From NCBI GenBank assembly GCA_951804945.1, contig OX638150.1:36952001-37016000 (forward strand): a DNA stretch of 64,000 nucleotides, given 5' to 3'. Below the pieces are notes generated by a model that was given only the letters and a program-made list of their open reading frames with translations, searched no databases and was not told where the DNA came from. Position numbers and translations under genes: made by a program. The first letter of the stretch is position 1; each line of letters opens with the position of its first letter. Shown here one piece after another: positions 37,598 to 52,817 of this stretch. This DNA is from Podarcis cretensis (lineage: Eukaryota).

Positions 37598-37958
37598 GTG
37601 GGTTTGTGGATGAAATAGAAGCTGAACAGTGACATTTGTTTTGAAGCATGTCTTTGGCTCTTGCTCATTGTGATCACAATGCTTAGATTACAGCAGTGGG
37701 GAACCTCTGGCTTGGGGGCTGCATGTACTGTCCCCCAGCCATGCCCCTCACTGGCCATGCTTCAAACCCTCCTTGAGTGTTTATGTCTGACTAGACTGTC
37801 CCCTTGAGCTCTAATAATCCCCTTTGCTTGCCTGGATGGAGGAAAGAAATCTGTGGTGTAGAAACCAGCCTACTGTACATAGGTAAATTCACACTCCTTG
37901 CTCTGTCCCCTTTTGCCGTACTGACATGTGCCTCCCCTCCTGGAAGATTTCTCAGAAG

Positions 37959-38031
37959 GGAATGTGGTCCTCAAACTGGAAAAGTTGTCTCCATTTCTGG
38001 AATGTGGTCCTCAAACTGGAAAAATTGTCTC
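37959..38031. repeat. Tandem duplication, period 40 bp
   Basis: ggaatgtggtcctcaaactggaaaa(g/a)ttgtctc occurs twice. Confidence 0.9.
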
Positions 38032-39391
38032 TGCTTATACCTAGGGTTGTGCCAAAATTCCACCCATTTCAATGTGGAGGTCAAAAGTCAAAAAGTCACA
38101 AGTTGTGGGGCCCTTGATGCAAAACAGACCCTAAGTCACTGAAAATGTTTGGCCTTTTCATGTTTGTTTTTGGTCTCTGGTTTTTCACAAACTGCTGCTG
38201 CTCCGCTTTACCCCTTAGTTGAGGAACCCTTTCTCCTTCATAGAATTATTCCATAATGGAAGTAAAAACGCAGCATTCCTGCTTAGCATGAGGAGGCAAT
38301 GGTTCTTGGACTGACCTCATCAATGATCCTAGCCAATCAGAAACATGAGGACAAATGAAGCCTATTCAGGGCAATGCTTTCTTAATAGGCTGCCATGTTT
38401 TTCCCTTTCACAGTGATTCTCTCCTCCAGCAGCAGCAACCCCCCCCCCAAAAAAAAAATATAACTTGTTGCAATAGTGGGGCACTTCTCATCAGTGCTGA
38501 AGGTATGAGCGGATATTACCCTCCTCATTCCAACTCAGCCCTACTTACAGCTCAAACTGAGTTGCAGAAAGCAATTAGCCTAACTAGTGGGGATTGCAGC
38601 TGGTGGGGGTTAAGAACAAGAAAGCGCAAACAACATCACAGCAGGGATAGGCTGATTAGTATTTAACATCCGTTGATTCAGTCAGAATGGCATGCTCCCT
38701 TATCAGCCCTAGCTGTCGCAAAAATACAATTTTTAAAATGAGTGCTTAGCTTCCTGGTAAATGTTACAAGAAGCACAGTTGAATGTTGCAAGAGATGGCT
38801 CCCTGTCCCCCAACTAGAAGGCCTGGTATGACTAATACTGAGATGGAATTTCTCTGTGAAAATTTCTGAGACTTTCCTCTTTTTTCACATATGCACACAC
38901 ATCTGAAAAATAATGCCACTTTACACATTTTTCTGCTGAACATTCTCCACCATATTTTGAAGATAGGGGCCACGCTGCCAACACAGTTGCCGTCGCTGCC
39001 ACCGCTTGTAGCTGCCATAGCAGAAAAGCCATAGAGAGAAAAGGAAAGAAGGGCTGTGCTACTACCACTGTTCATCAGGAGGGCAAACGTGGCCCCATGA
39101 CCATGGGTGCCTGGGGCTGTTGGTGCCATGCGACGTGCATGGCCCTGGCACCAAAATTTGTGGGTGCCCAGTCCCTTCATGGGGAATTTTGTGTGTGCTT
39201 GGACACCCAGGGCTCCAGGGAGTTGGCACCTATGCTGTTCATGGTGAGCCCCAGCCCCCTAAACCCCTTGGAGCGTTTCTTCTCTCCTGGAGAAATTCAG
39301 TGAAATGAATTTTCACTGCCACCACTATGCCCCAATTTCTCTGACCACAGATAGAGTATTTCAAGTATTTGTACCCAGCTTTAGGTTCTGA

Positions 39392-39876
39392 CTAGGGGGT
39401 GGTGAGGAAATGTGGTTCAGCTCACATTTGAAGGTGAACTTCCCTAATATGCACCGCCTGGCGCAACAAGCAAACCCTAGACATCCAAATTTGCACTGCT
39501 CTGAATTTTCAATGCAGTTCTCCGGAATAATAAAAATAATAATTTATTATTTGTACCCCGCCCATCTGGCTGGGTTTCCAAAAAGGAATATATTAGAGTA
39601 AACGGTGCATGAAAGAGCCATATATTTCTGAGAATAGCATACAAAAAATGCACTACATTAGGAGAAATTGTTTGCAAAACGTGTATATTAGGCAAAATTG
39701 TGTGTGAAAATGTGCACATTGGAAAAAAAATTCAGTAAATGGTGGATGAATTTTCATGTGGACTTCTTAAAAAAACAAAAACCCTTCAGAATGATGTAGA
39801 AATGTAGAAAACTGAATTTAAAACTAGAAAAAAAGAGAAACAGAAAAACCAAAATGGACAGACTCACCCACCCCTA
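39392..39876 (+). mobile_element. Old non-autonomous DNA element with TAGGG...CCCTA ends
   Basis: Terminal inverted TAGGGGGTGGTGAG / CTCACCCACCCCTA. Related to 278-940. Contains a short minus-strand L2 tail fragment at about 39530-39580. Confidence 0.6.
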
Positions 39877-42800
39877 ATTCTGACATTGTTATGGTCACAG
39901 CCAGCAATGTGGAGCTGGGAATGGGGAAATACATAGTGTAATGATGTAAGAACACATGTTTGGTTGTTATGAGGGGGAAGAGGATTAAGGGACATAAAGG
40001 GCACAATTAAACCCCTGTGTCTATGCCAAGCTCATATTGGGGTTTCAGTTTAGCAAATGTGCAGTGGCTGCTTTTTCACACAGTTCAAGCCCTTTCTTAC
40101 GCTCAGAACAGTAGGAGATTTGGCTTCTGCATTCCAGCACTGGTTTCTGATGTTTGTTGGGCACTCAGATCTCCTGCACCATCAGCTCTCTTTGTAACCA
40201 GTAGAGGATCCTCTTCCCATTCTCTAGCAATTTCCCCTTCCAATCACATGCCTAACAGACAGTACACTCTACTGCTGCAAGTGGTTTCCTACCAGCAGAG
40301 GATCTGAAAAAGCATAATTTCTTCTGCTCCTCTTTTAAGTTACTGCAGCATGCTCCTGTTTTGTAACACAGCACAAATCCATGAAGCGTCTCCTTTTGTA
40401 ACATTTTAAAGGGCAGGGGAAGGGCCTTCGATTCAGTGAAACAAGCACATTTTTATTGCTTTGTAGCACTTTGTGGTGCATTCCCTGCAAATCATCTCAG
40501 CTTCTTGCTGTATATTGCAGCTACAGAACAGTTAGTAGGGTGGAGGGTAGCTGGTTATGGAGCTAACAAAGACTTTAGAAGAAGAGATTACTCAGAAAAT
40601 CCTAGTAGCACTTAAGGCCGTTTATGTATTTAATTATTGTCACCAATGAACCTTGAGGCAGTGCTATAGGCAAATAAAGGAGCACTGTAGCTTCTGGAAC
40701 TCTTTGCTCTGGGTATGGTGATTTGATCCTGTGTTGTTCTGTGGTTCCATGGTTGTTCCCCCCAAAACTGCATTCTTGGCTACCTGACCCATTTCCCTGT
40801 TCTCATTCTCAACATGAATTTGAGGAGATGAACTGTGCTACACTCAAAGCCTGTTTGGGGAGTTGGGATACAACAACATCTGGAGGGACACATCTGGAGG
40901 GACACAGGTTGTGTACTCTCCAAAACTCAAGCTAATTCTTTTGTTTAATTCACCCCACCACTTTCACCACAAGCTCAATACTGCAGCTTAAACACATTTG
41001 CATAATTGTTTTAATTTGCCCAACCATTTTTGGTCAGAGCATGCAAAAACCTAGCTTGACTGTAGCATCCCTTTAATGCAGATATCATAGAGTTGCAGCT
41101 GTCAGGCCTTATGCATTTCTTTCTTATGTCTGCCTGGAAGAATACAGGAGCCCTGATCTCAGTTGGTGATGATGTGAGGACAAAACGTCTGGCTCCCACC
41201 TTGACTCCTGTAGTTTAAACTAGATGCCTGTTTTTAACTGTTTTATCACACACACACACACACACACACACAATTCCCTTGCATTTCTTAGTGAATTTGC
41301 TAGCTACAGTTTTATGCATCCTGACAGCCAAGAGGTGAAATGTACATGATTATCTGGTGCAAACCATGCAAAGGAATTGTTGTAACATCAGCAGCAATTT
41401 GCAGCTCCCGGGAAAGAGAGTGCAAGTGTCAAGCTGAATCAGTTAGGGTCCAGACAAGACTCCTTTGCTGCTAACTTTTGTGCTGAGTGTGGAGAGTTCC
41501 CAGTTGGAAATGGATGTCGCTGGTTGTGTGTTGTGCAGTAGAGGACAAAAACTCAATCCCACTGGAATGGAGATGCAAACAATTTGGGCTCTGCCAAGTT
41601 TCTCCACCATACTTTCGGAGGAAGGGTGGGATATATGGTAAATTTAATAAATAAATGGAACAATCCTCCTTTGATGATGGCAACTTCATAGCTCGCATGT
41701 GCAAACTGGTCAGATAGAAAATGACAACTAGAATTTTTATAACTTCTCAAGTTTGTTGTGGGAAGTGTGGGAGACAATGAAAAGTGAACCTCTGCCTTTT
41801 CAGCATGATCTCCTGACACTGTTGAGGGAACAATTGCACTCAGAATTTCAGGGAAGAAACATTGCTCAGTGATAGCGTATCTGGTGAAGTCCCAGCTTCA
41901 TTCCCTGAAATCTCTAGGTAGGGTTGGGAAAGAATCCAGCCTGAAACCCAGGAGAGTCACTGCCAGTCAATGGACAATAATGAGTTGGCAAACCCTGAGT
42001 CTGTATATTCCTGTTAACAGTAGCTTTCCTTTTAGAGTGACAGAAGATCATGTGCCCTTTAACTCCCTGCTTTGCGCTTCCAAAGTGCTCTGCCCCATAC
42101 TCCCAACACTCTTGAACAAATATTTCTAGTAACACTGGCAGAAGAAAAGCAGAAATTGGTTCAAATGAGAGGAGAGGTTTGATAAGTGCCCACATAGAAT
42201 CTACATCCCCCCTTTTATTCTAAGCATAAGAATTCTTCCTTTCAACTGGGGCGAGCTAGAAAAGGTTGTTCTTCAGCACAGTCACAACAATGCAGTTCTA
42301 TTCCATGCATCTAGAGGTCAACAAGAAAAGCCACAGTCTGCTGAGACTTAGTAAAATAACTGCACAGCAAACCTTTGACTGTCCTTCTTTTGTGTGGGCC
42401 CTGTGCAATTATAGAGGATGTGTGTATTTGTCTGTGCTTCTTTGGTTCATTATGCTACAGAAATGAGTGGCTCATATGCAAGAAAGCACCAAACTTTCAA
42501 AGTGAGGCATTTTAATTACTTCTGGCAGATGAAAGCTTTTTATTTCCATGGTTTGTTTTTCTCCCCACAAAGCAAAAAAGGCGTCGAGGCTCTGAATTTT
42601 AAATCACATCCCATAATATACGGGATGTACCTGCACCAGGATCATTCACACAAAACAAGCCATCTTGTGCACTGCTTGTGAAAAACAGCAAAGGCACATA
42701 CATTAGAGCACCTACATTATGCCCAATGACTAGCTGTGATCCAATGGGCACATATGCATGTTCCAGAGTCAACCCCATTCTCCCCCCAGAGTTTTTCCTG

Positions 42801-45745
42801 TCACCAATATGGATGCTAAGTTTGTCCCCATGTTTCCCTTTAACCTACTCTTACACCAGCTTGCTCTTGTGTGTGGTGCGAAGAAAGTAACAGTGTTAGG
42901 ACAAGTATTGAAATTCATTTAGAGTCATGCGGTTTCCTGGGTAGTTTGTTGGATTTAGGGCCATTTTAAAAAAATCCCTGCCTAGCCATGAAGTTCACCG
43001 GATGACACTTTCCCAGCCTAACTAGAGATCATTCTGAAATCCTCACCATCTGATTTAAGAATATAAGAAGTTGTAGCCAGATTCTCTGTGTGTGGCGTTT
43101 ACCACTGCACAGGAGACCCCAACTCTTCAGTATAACACTGCAGGGGGAGAGAATTAAAAATCACATCAAGATCGCTGGCTTTTGGGGGCATCATTTTATC
43201 ATGTATATACAGTCACATGCATGCATGCATGGTATTACAAAGGATACAGTGGAACAAGAACAACTGAAAACTGCAGCTAATATCTTCCAATTCCAGAATT
43301 AATTATAGAAATTCTCTATGTTGGAATTATATTAAAGAGAGTGAAATGCACCACACAGAAGGAGCTTCTGAAACAATAAAGGAATATAGTACAGGAGGAA
43401 ATGACACAGCCCTAAGCGCAACACACCTCACAGAGTTTTTGTGAGGATAAAATGTGATGATCTCCATGTATGCCCCTCTGAATTCCATGGAGGAAGGGCA
43501 GAATACAAACAATGGTACCCCTTTGGACCATTTATCTTTTCTGAAAAAAGACAGGCCATCCTTATAGGGAATCACAGGCATCAACACCTGTGATGAGTGT
43601 AGCAGATTCAGATAAGAAAGGGGATTGTATAAACAAGGTTTGGATAATGGGCTTGACAGTGTTTCATAAGAACCTAAGAGAAGCCCTGCTGCTTAAGATA
43701 TTTTAAAATGCAGGAAATGTAATACCTAAATCTATTTTTCTAAGGTCAGAATTTTGTTTCGGGCACAATCTTGGAAGCAATTCTTGTGATCATTGCCCAT
43801 TTCGCGCAGAAATGGATGAAAATGTTACATTTCCTTTGTTATATTTGTATAGAATGTAAAGATATGGATGTGTGCGTGCCTGTGCCTTGCAAGTTTCATA
43901 AAGTTGGGTTCTAGTTGGGAATGATTGTGGAAAGGCTTAGAAAACAGTCTTTCAAGCAGCATCTCTGTGGCTTAAGGAGGCTAGAAGCATAGCTCAGGTG
44001 TGTAGTCTCTATGGATTCCAATGTGAGGAGGCTTTCTTCATATTTTATTGTGCAGAACATTCAATCTTTAATGTGGATCAGAGAGTGAGGGCTATTTCAC
44101 ACAAAGCATATACTTTGGAATAGTTGTGCTTTAGTCGCTTGCTTTGTACGGAGAACCTGTGTGGTGTCATCATCATCAGGTCATAGACCTCCTTTGTTTT
44201 CCCTTTTCTCAGTATACAAAAAAACCCCTATTAAAATATGAAAAGGGCAGAACACTAACTCAAACAGGGATGGTGCTTAACAGGAGTGGGCCTTGACACA
44301 TTGCCCACTGATGCTCTCTCGCATCTCTTGCTGATTCCTACCCACCCACCCACTGGAGCTGCTGATCAGGCTCCAAGCCGTGAGTTTACGCAGTGGTGCC
44401 AAACTCAATTTCCACAGCTGTAGATCACCGTAGTGCTACTCTTCTCTCTGTTAAAGAGCCATGGTTTTGATGTGTTCAGTGATAATATTGGACAGGTTTG
44501 CCTACCATATGAAGGTAGGCTATACAACTTGATACAATTACCTTTCATTTTAGCCATGAATTTTTTAAACCAGTCTTTTCATTTGCCTTTCTTTTGTCAC
44601 AGAGTAAATTTTAAAACTGAACTTAACTAGCATGCTGCCTTTTTTAGTCAATGCCATTTTTATTTATTTTTTTAAAAGTGTGTTTCTTTTTCATTTTGTT
44701 TTTAACTGCACAGAAGTGCTGAAATATTAAAAAGCACTTTGGTGGGGAAAAAAAGATTTTAAAAAGTGATAGAAATGGACTTCAAAATGGACATATTTGA
44801 GTGAATGCTTTCTTTTATGCCCACACATGCTGTCATGTCATGCTCACTGCTGTGGACAGAACACAGCAGAATGCACACACATAAAAATGTTAGAACCTTC
44901 CGAAGTGCGGGAGGTCAGCTGCAATTCTCTATGTTGCTTACAGTGGAAGAGCAATGATTGACAGATCCCAGAGCAATGCAATCTGCAGGCACCCTGGGTA
45001 GCAGGCCCTATACCAGTGGGAGGGAGGGGGAGGACTTCAAATGTAAGTGAGCCTTAAGTAACTTGAAGAAAAGGCAAAACAGAGAGAAAGTAGAATATTA
45101 TTGTTACTGTCAGTGTTGTGTCTCTCGATAAATTAAGACTTCCCTATAGGCACAGATGAAAAGCGGTGCATTTTCCAGAAAGATATAAGACACCAAGATC
45201 TGTTGATGGTATAATTATACCTGATTTCTTTTAATGGAGATATTATCAAAGGACCACATTCCAGTCTCTCTTTCTCTCCCCACCCCCCCTCTTTAATAGC
45301 CAGCTTCTTAATGGTGGAAATTTACATAGCTTTATTAACAGCAAATGCTCAGGCCTCAAATTTCCCTCTAAATGCAATTGCTTCTAGCCTGCTTATTATG
45401 TACAGACAAATCTATTTGCTTTGCACTTTGTAATAGAGCTGATCAATTGTTAAGTTGGTAAGTGGCAGAGAAATAAAGAGGTCGAGAAAATGTGAGGTGC
45501 TTGTTCAAGAGAGCGGGGAGGACAAGATGCACTGTATTCTTTGTATATCATTGGAGTGTGATTTACAGTTGGCTGCTGATGTTCCTTTGTGTCACTACCT
45601 GGAGGTATCTGGGTATGACCCAGGTTGGTTTTCACCAGCATATGAGCCAGAATATTATTGCCTGCTACCATAATCCTGGGATTTATTGCTGACTAGACCT
45701 GTGACTCACCTGCATGTTTTCTCCATGTCAGCATGCCAGGTACTG

Positions 45746-45746
<1 letters not shown>

Positions 45747-45781
<35 letters not shown>
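45747..45781. repeat. (TA)n microsatellite
   Basis: Seen directly. Confidence 0.95.
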
Positions 45782-45783
<2 letters not shown>

Positions 45784-48700
45784 AGGGTTGTGCTTGTGAA
45801 TTATCTCATTGTTTTCGAGGTTATTAAACAGGAATCGGGTTCATTTGTGCTACTGAAGAATGCACAAAGGCATAAACCGTGCCTTTTTTTTTTTCTTCTT
45901 TTAAAAATGTATAGCAGAAATAAATGCTACATAGAAAATAAAACACTATAGCCCAGACAGAAAATAGCAACTGCTGTGCTCAAATATAAGTTATTGCTTG
46001 CTCAGGCTCCAAGGCTTAGCCTTAAATGGTACATAGTCCATTGTCCTTGTTTCTTTCCTTTCTGCTGAATGTTTTTAAACTGCTTGTGTTCGCATTATGA
46101 AACAGATTTCCTGCCATTGAGCCCCTTGAGCGCAGTATGCTGCAATTCCTTTGTTCTTCGCTGGTGACAGAGTAAAATTTGGATGATCGTAGGCTGTATT
46201 CCTCTGCCACAGGAGGTATAAGATGAGCTGAAATGCTGGTCCCTTCCTGCCATTGCAGTCCAATGAGTCTGTGATGGTACCCTTAGGTTTTTGACTCTAG
46301 TCTCGATCCTCAGTTTTGTGGAAGCGTTTATTGTTCAGATTTAATAGTATTAGCTCTAGGACCTGGATGGTTTGAAATGCTTGTCTAGGGTAAATTGCCT
46401 CGGAATGTTTTAAGTAGGAAGCAATGTACAAATTTAATTAATGAAACAAAGGTATGAGAAGCTCAGGATAAATGTGCATGCATGCCGGTCGCCATGAGCC
46501 TGCTCAGATATGTAGAAGGTTGACATATGTTTGAATCTGTTTATAGTTTATTGTTGTTTTAAACTATTTTTGAATGTTTTAAATAACTTTCTTAATTGTT
46601 TTTATTTATAAATTTCTTTCTTTGTTTGTTTTTTGTAAACCAATTTGAAGGTTTCTTCTTACAAGTAGTGTATACATTTTAATGAACTTTTAAAAGGTGC
46701 TGCAAAGACAGACTGGCAACTCAAAGATTCCTTCTTGCCTTTTCTCCTTTGCTTGGTAAAACATTTGTGAAAGAAATGGAAAAAGAGGCAAAACGGGATT
46801 TAGCCCTAGCAATATTGCCTTCCTTCAGAATGGTATGAGGATTTATGGGTACAGTTTGCTCAAGCCTGCAGTTCAATGCAGGGAGAGGCAGCATCTTCTC
46901 CCCTGTCCCCAGATGAGTGAGTCGCTCTCTCCTTCAGTTTTGCACAAGCATAGTCCCGTGTGGGGAAGGGGTGTGTCTAAGTTTAGAGAGGAGCATCTCA
47001 ATCAGGTTTTTGAAGGCTTGGAAAAACATTCCTCTCTGACAAGCTGAGGAGCTGTCCAAAAACTGTTGGTGCTGAACAGCTGTTCTGTTGCACTAAAATC
47101 ACATTAGACATGATTTTAAACATTTCTTTGAATCCTGTGCTTGAGATTCTCCTCTTTAAAAACCAATCAAACAAAAGGTTAAGAGCACTTGTGGAGGGCT
47201 CATTCTTGGTCAGAGCTTTGACACGGGGCAGAAGGAAGATTAACCCTTTCCACTTGCCATTTCCCTTGCTGAAAATACTCCTTCCTCCCCACTAGCAGTG
47301 CTTTCTATTGTAATTAGCACTGGGGGGGGGGGATCTTAATCCCTGAATATTAGTGGCTGAATCAGCCACTGTGGCTGCTTTTACTAAAAGAACCAGAGAA
47401 GGACAAAATCAAGCACAGGATTCAAAGGCACATTTAGTATCAATTATAGCTTGCCCCAAGGACTCATATTAGAAGTGGCAGGGCTGTCATTAACGCGTCT
47501 GCCCTGTTCAAGTGTAAAATGGTGTGTCAAAGCAGCATGTGGGAGAAGACCATTGAACCAGCCCCCACTTCACCACACCTCAGTCCTTCCTTCCCTCCCT
47601 TCCCATCTCGGATATCAGGCATGAGCTGGAAAGGGAGTAAATTGCCTGGAGTAAAGTTTTGAGGGGAGGAGATGAGAGGAAAGGGAAAGGAAATGATCAG
47701 CACCCCTCTTTTATGTGTTCATTTTCTGTTAAGGAAGGATCCTGTCCACGTGGCCACCTTACAGGTGAATGAGGGAGACATCGGAAAAGAGCAAGTTATC
47801 TGCCATGGTCACATCTAGTTTAACCCTAGATGTGAACAGTTGGTAGTGTTGTTTCCCATAAAAGGGCCCTGCAGTAGCTTGCAAGAGTCTTTTATCTATA
47901 TATAGCAGGTTCCTCCTGTTTCTCCCCCTGGTAGGGACAGCTGTCTATTGTTTGGAACCCATGGTAACAGGATCTGTGGTATATTTCCAAAATGTAAAGA
48001 CGCCTGCTTAAATCCATTCATTGCCAGTTAGAACACTTATAAAACCTGTTACGTTTAATTAAAGAGACAACTCTTTTTCTCAGAAACACATAGCTGATTA
48101 GATTTATTGACTGCTTTTGCATGAGGGACGCAGATAAACAGCTTTATGCCATTGTAAATTCTGAAAGGGAAGGGCTTTTGCCCTTTTGGGTTTGATTCTC
48201 TAAGAAAAGAAGGTGCATAAACAAGGAGGAATCAACGAGCTGCTAATTTTTCCTTTTTCATGAAATATATTTGTTCCAAATGAAGACTTCTTAACTGGGT
48301 GCTTTGAAATGTGTCGGGGGGGGGGGGAGAATACCTGTAAAGATCCTCATTATATAATTGCCTTGTATTTAAAACAGGCAGTTGTGTGAGCTTGTATGCA
48401 GAGAGCATCCTGTTCTGTCATTAGTCATCACTTGACACCTGTGCACAGCCTAAATGGGTCCACACGGGGGGGGGGGGGAGTAGAAGCACAGTAGCCAAGC
48501 AGACGTTGGAGTGAATCAAGCATGCACTGAAGGCAGTTGAGGTGGAAGCTCTTTGATTAAAATTCCACTGTCACACTGAAGAACTGCTTTCACTTCCCAC
48601 CCCCACCCCTCTCTGGTGGATTTCATTCTACACTTGGGATGCAGTAACATTATCCATCTTTGCCAGAAATGACTTATCTCCAAGGTTCACAGACAGCAAT

Positions 48701-51530
48701 TTCGGAATATGCTAGATTGCACAAAGTGTCAAGCTTTTTTTAAACATGCTTCCCAGGGAAGATAGATCCCCTTAAATCTGCAGACTTCATTGCGATTGAC
48801 ATACGAACCACCATGACCTGCACAATCAGTATAATTCTTCTCCCATTACTCAGGTGAGCAATCCCAATGGATGGTTTGCCCACTTCTGCACTTCACAGGA
48901 ACAAATGATAAATATAACTCTAGTTCTGACCAGAATTTTTGTAGCTGCCCTCTTTGCAGGGTGGAGGAGCAACTGCATCCCCATCTCGCCCACCACACAG
49001 ATGTATAAAGATGTTCTACACCAATGGCCAGTTCACGCAATATTTCTCTGTAGGGACTAGCACTAGCTCCCCCCCCCAAAAAAAAAAGAAAGAAAGAAAG
49101 TAGTGATTAGATTTCATGGACTTCCCCTTCCACTCTCTCTTGTCAGTGTTTAGGGTTGCACTGTCCATCCCTTAGGAAACCCAGAAAACCATGAGGAATA
49201 TAGTAAACAGTGATGGATATGATTAGATGAATGGCCTCTAAGAAGAAATCAGTATGATTAAGGAAAAAACAATGGAGGAAAAAAACAGAAAGCTAGAGGA
49301 TATGAAATTGGGAGATGTGCCCCAACTATCATGGGAAAACTAAGACTTGCCCCAATTAAAAACAAACAAACAGGCACTCTATGATGTACAAAGTCCTTTC
49401 TTGCCGAACCGTCCACTGTTGCCATTGATTTACAGTTAAGAAGGGCTAGCAGCAGGAATGCAATTAATGCTGACGTTAGTATATTGGTCCTGTCCTCTGT
49501 AAGGAAGCAGAGGTTTGCCGAGATCAATTTTGTGCTGGATGTCTCAACTTGGGGAGCAATAACTTGGAAATAAAACTCAGGTTAATTTGAAAATAGGTCA
49601 ATGGGATGTGAAGATAGCCCACTGTAATCTGAATCCATCGTATCAGCTTCAAAATGTCTCCCTTGGTTGATTAAATTACCTGTAAGGGAGGAATAGCAGG
49701 AGAAAAGCCTGCTGCAGATTTATTCTGGGATACGTGCAGCTGTTCAAGACAGATGTCCAAAAACAACCCAGCAAAGCTTTCCTGCATAGGTGAACATGAT
49801 GCCTTTAACTGGCTTAATTAAAGAGGAAACAATGTCAGCCATCACTCATGTTATTTCTTATTTAATAAACGCAAGCTGGTCTCATTTTGCAGACTCTTGT
49901 CTGCTCGTCTGCTTTGTTATACTGCTTTCCAGAGCAATCTTAATTAATGATATCCTCATAAGAGGTTTGTAGTGTCGGCGGCAAAAAGGGATTCATGGAA
50001 ATTCAATCAAAAGCAGATTTCACTAGTCAATTCCTCCTCTTCTTCTTCTTTTAAGATTAAGATTTCAGAAGCGACTGGCCCTGGATGCAAAGATCATTTC
50101 CCCCCCTAAACAAATCTGTTAAGCTTTCAGCGAAGAAAGCATTTGTGTTCAATTTTATTTGCATAATTTCAAGCGCCATTAATAGTACATGGCATGAGGA
50201 AAAATTACCAAGATTTCATTCCAACCATGAGTGAAATTGGGTTTAGTAGAAAATTAGTTGACTTAACTGGCAGATGATGAAAGCTTGAATAGAGAATGTT
50301 TAAATAAGGAGGAATTGTAGAAAAGGAACTTGAAGGTGCAGGCTGAATTGAGATCAGGGCTAAAGTTAAAACATATTAGCTAAAGTGAAAGATAAATGGA
50401 GACTGATAGTGAATTCAGAGGGAAGAATCCAGCAACCCTCTCTACTGATCATTCGGTCTGTGCAAGCATTTCTGCTTAGCAGATGGAACCATCCCCCTCT
50501 CCTCCCCATTTTCATTGTTCTAGGGGTTCTTCTGCCCTTCCAGAGTGGATTGGGGTGAGCATGGATAAAGGGGAAAGTCCCATTGCACTAGCTAGCTTGC
50601 TTGGCAATTTAGTGCAATTTTTTCTTTCTCTAGAAATCTAGCCACAGGGCTAGATTTCCCAGTTCAATATAACTCCATCGAATACATAGAACTGGTACAC
50701 ATATTTGCACCAGCTGATGAGCTTGGGCTTTACTTTTATGAAAAATTATGCCTAATGATGGCAGACTATAATTGGTGTTCACCATTAGGTTACAGAAGAT
50801 CTATCTGAAGCCTGTACCTTTATTTTTCTTGAGTAATTTGTGTGATATAAATGGAAGCGCATAATATTTGTGTGAATTCTGCCACACAAACTATGACACT
50901 GGGCCAATTAAAATCCGGAAAGCAGATTAATTTTCAAATGAACACCCATTTTACAATCAGGCTATCATCAATTCATTCATCTAGTACAAGAGCAGCCAGT
51001 GTGGTGTTTTTCAGTTGTTATTAGACTACAACTCCCATCATTCCTGCTCATTGGTCATGCTGGCTGGGGCTGATGGAAGTTTGTAGTCCAAAAAATCAGT
51101 GGGGCATCCCATTAACTCCTCTATTATAGTACTTTCAATTTGCAAAGTCCTTTACAAGTTTCAGCTGATTCATTCTCACAGTAAGCTTGTAAAGTAGGTC
51201 ACAATGAGAATCACATTTTATTAAGGAGAAAAGAAGCTGCTCATAATTTTTCTTGCTCCTTTGTGTGTCTTTTCTATAATTGAAGTCAACAGTTCATAAT
51301 GGTGCACAACATTCATAAGGGCCTATTATTCTATGTTTTCTCTTGTGTACATTCCCGCTCATTCCTGTGTATGTGTTTGACTGTGTGTGCGGCAGAAAGC
51401 AAGGGAGGGAGATCAGTTTGAAGGAAGGATACACCTGTTGTCATCAAGATGGTAGCCACATCTGTCATGTTTGGAAGGAAATAAACTAATGCTATGAGGG
51501 ATGGTGACTTGCCAAATGCTACCTAACAAG

Positions 51531-51905
51531 GGAGCAAGTGGCACTGTGGTCTAAACACTGAGCTTCTTGGGCTTCCCGATCAGAAGGTTGGCAGTTTGAA
51601 TACTTGTGACAGGGTGAGCTCCCGTTGCTCTGTCCCAGCTTCTGCCAACCTAGCAGTTTCAAAAGCACACCAGCACAAGCAGATAAATAGGTGCCGCTGC
51701 GGCAGGAAGGTAAATGGAGTTCCTGTGTGTTCTGGCTTCCATTACAGTGTTCCATTGCACCAGAAGCGGTTTAGTTATGCTGGCCACATGACCTGGAAAG
51801 CTGTCTGTGCACAAACACCAGCTCCCTCTGCCTGAAAGCAAGATGAGCACTGCACACCATAGTCGCTTTTGACTGGACTGAACCATCCAGGGGTCCTTTA
51901 CCTTT
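51531..51905 (+). mobile_element. Sauria SINE (more diverged copy)
   Basis: Alignable body, ACCTTT tail, TSD tacctaacaag on both sides. Confidence 0.88.
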
Positions 51906-52619
51906 ACCTAACAAGCTCATGACTCAAATTCAGGAAGAATTATCACATATTCATATCCACAGTACCATACCAAGTTTCAGGTGTTGGAATAAATAAGAAA
52001 TGGGGGCAAATTTACCACAAAGCTGACAATAAATTTCACTCTCATTTTCCTCATCCCATAACACATGCTAGCATCCATTCCACTGACTGCACATCACAAC
52101 TTCCTTGTGTTGAGGCAGGTATAAGATTGTAGCTTTTCTTCAACGTTGAGAAGATGAAATGCAACTCAGCCAACCTTCTGTGATTCCCACTTTTAGCTGT
52201 CCACTGTGTCTTGCAAAACCCTCAGTGGCTGAGATTTCATTGCCTAGTAGGTCATGGAGCTGCCGGCCAATTACCCTTGCACTCCTGGAAACACAGAGAT
52301 AAATGTTATTGCACTTCTCCTTGACAGAGCTAACCTTCCCACCCTCCGCTGTGTAATCTTGAATTGTATCTACTGTGGCCCAATAGGGCTTTCCCCCCCA
52401 GAGAATAAGAATGAATGGAAAAACTTTGTAACAAAAGTGTACTATCTGCAGGCAGTAGAACTCGGTGCCTGTAAAATGTATAGATGACATTCATGTCTGT
52501 GAGGAGACCCTGCTGTCAGTTTTATGCAACACACCCAACTTAGCTGCTGCCTCCCTGTGCTAACTCCATCCAAAGTCAAATGACCTCAGGTTTGTTGACT
52601 GAGTCAATAGACAATCCTT

Positions 52620-52817
52620 GGGGAATGCCCATAGCTCAGTAGTAGAGTGTCTGCTTTTCACTCAGAAGGTCCCTGGTTCAATTCCCAGCATCTCCAGGTT
52701 GGGCTGGGAAAGACTCCTGTCTAAAACCAAGGAGAACTGCTGCTGTTCAGTGCAGACAGTACTGAGCAAGATGGAGCAATGGTCTGACAGGGTATAATAC
52801 AGATTCCTACATACCTA
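52620..52817 (+). mobile_element. tRNA-derived SINE (Squam3-like)
   Basis: A box TAGCTCAGTAG, B box GGTTCAATTCC, body ending ...ttcctacatacct. Confidence 0.7.
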
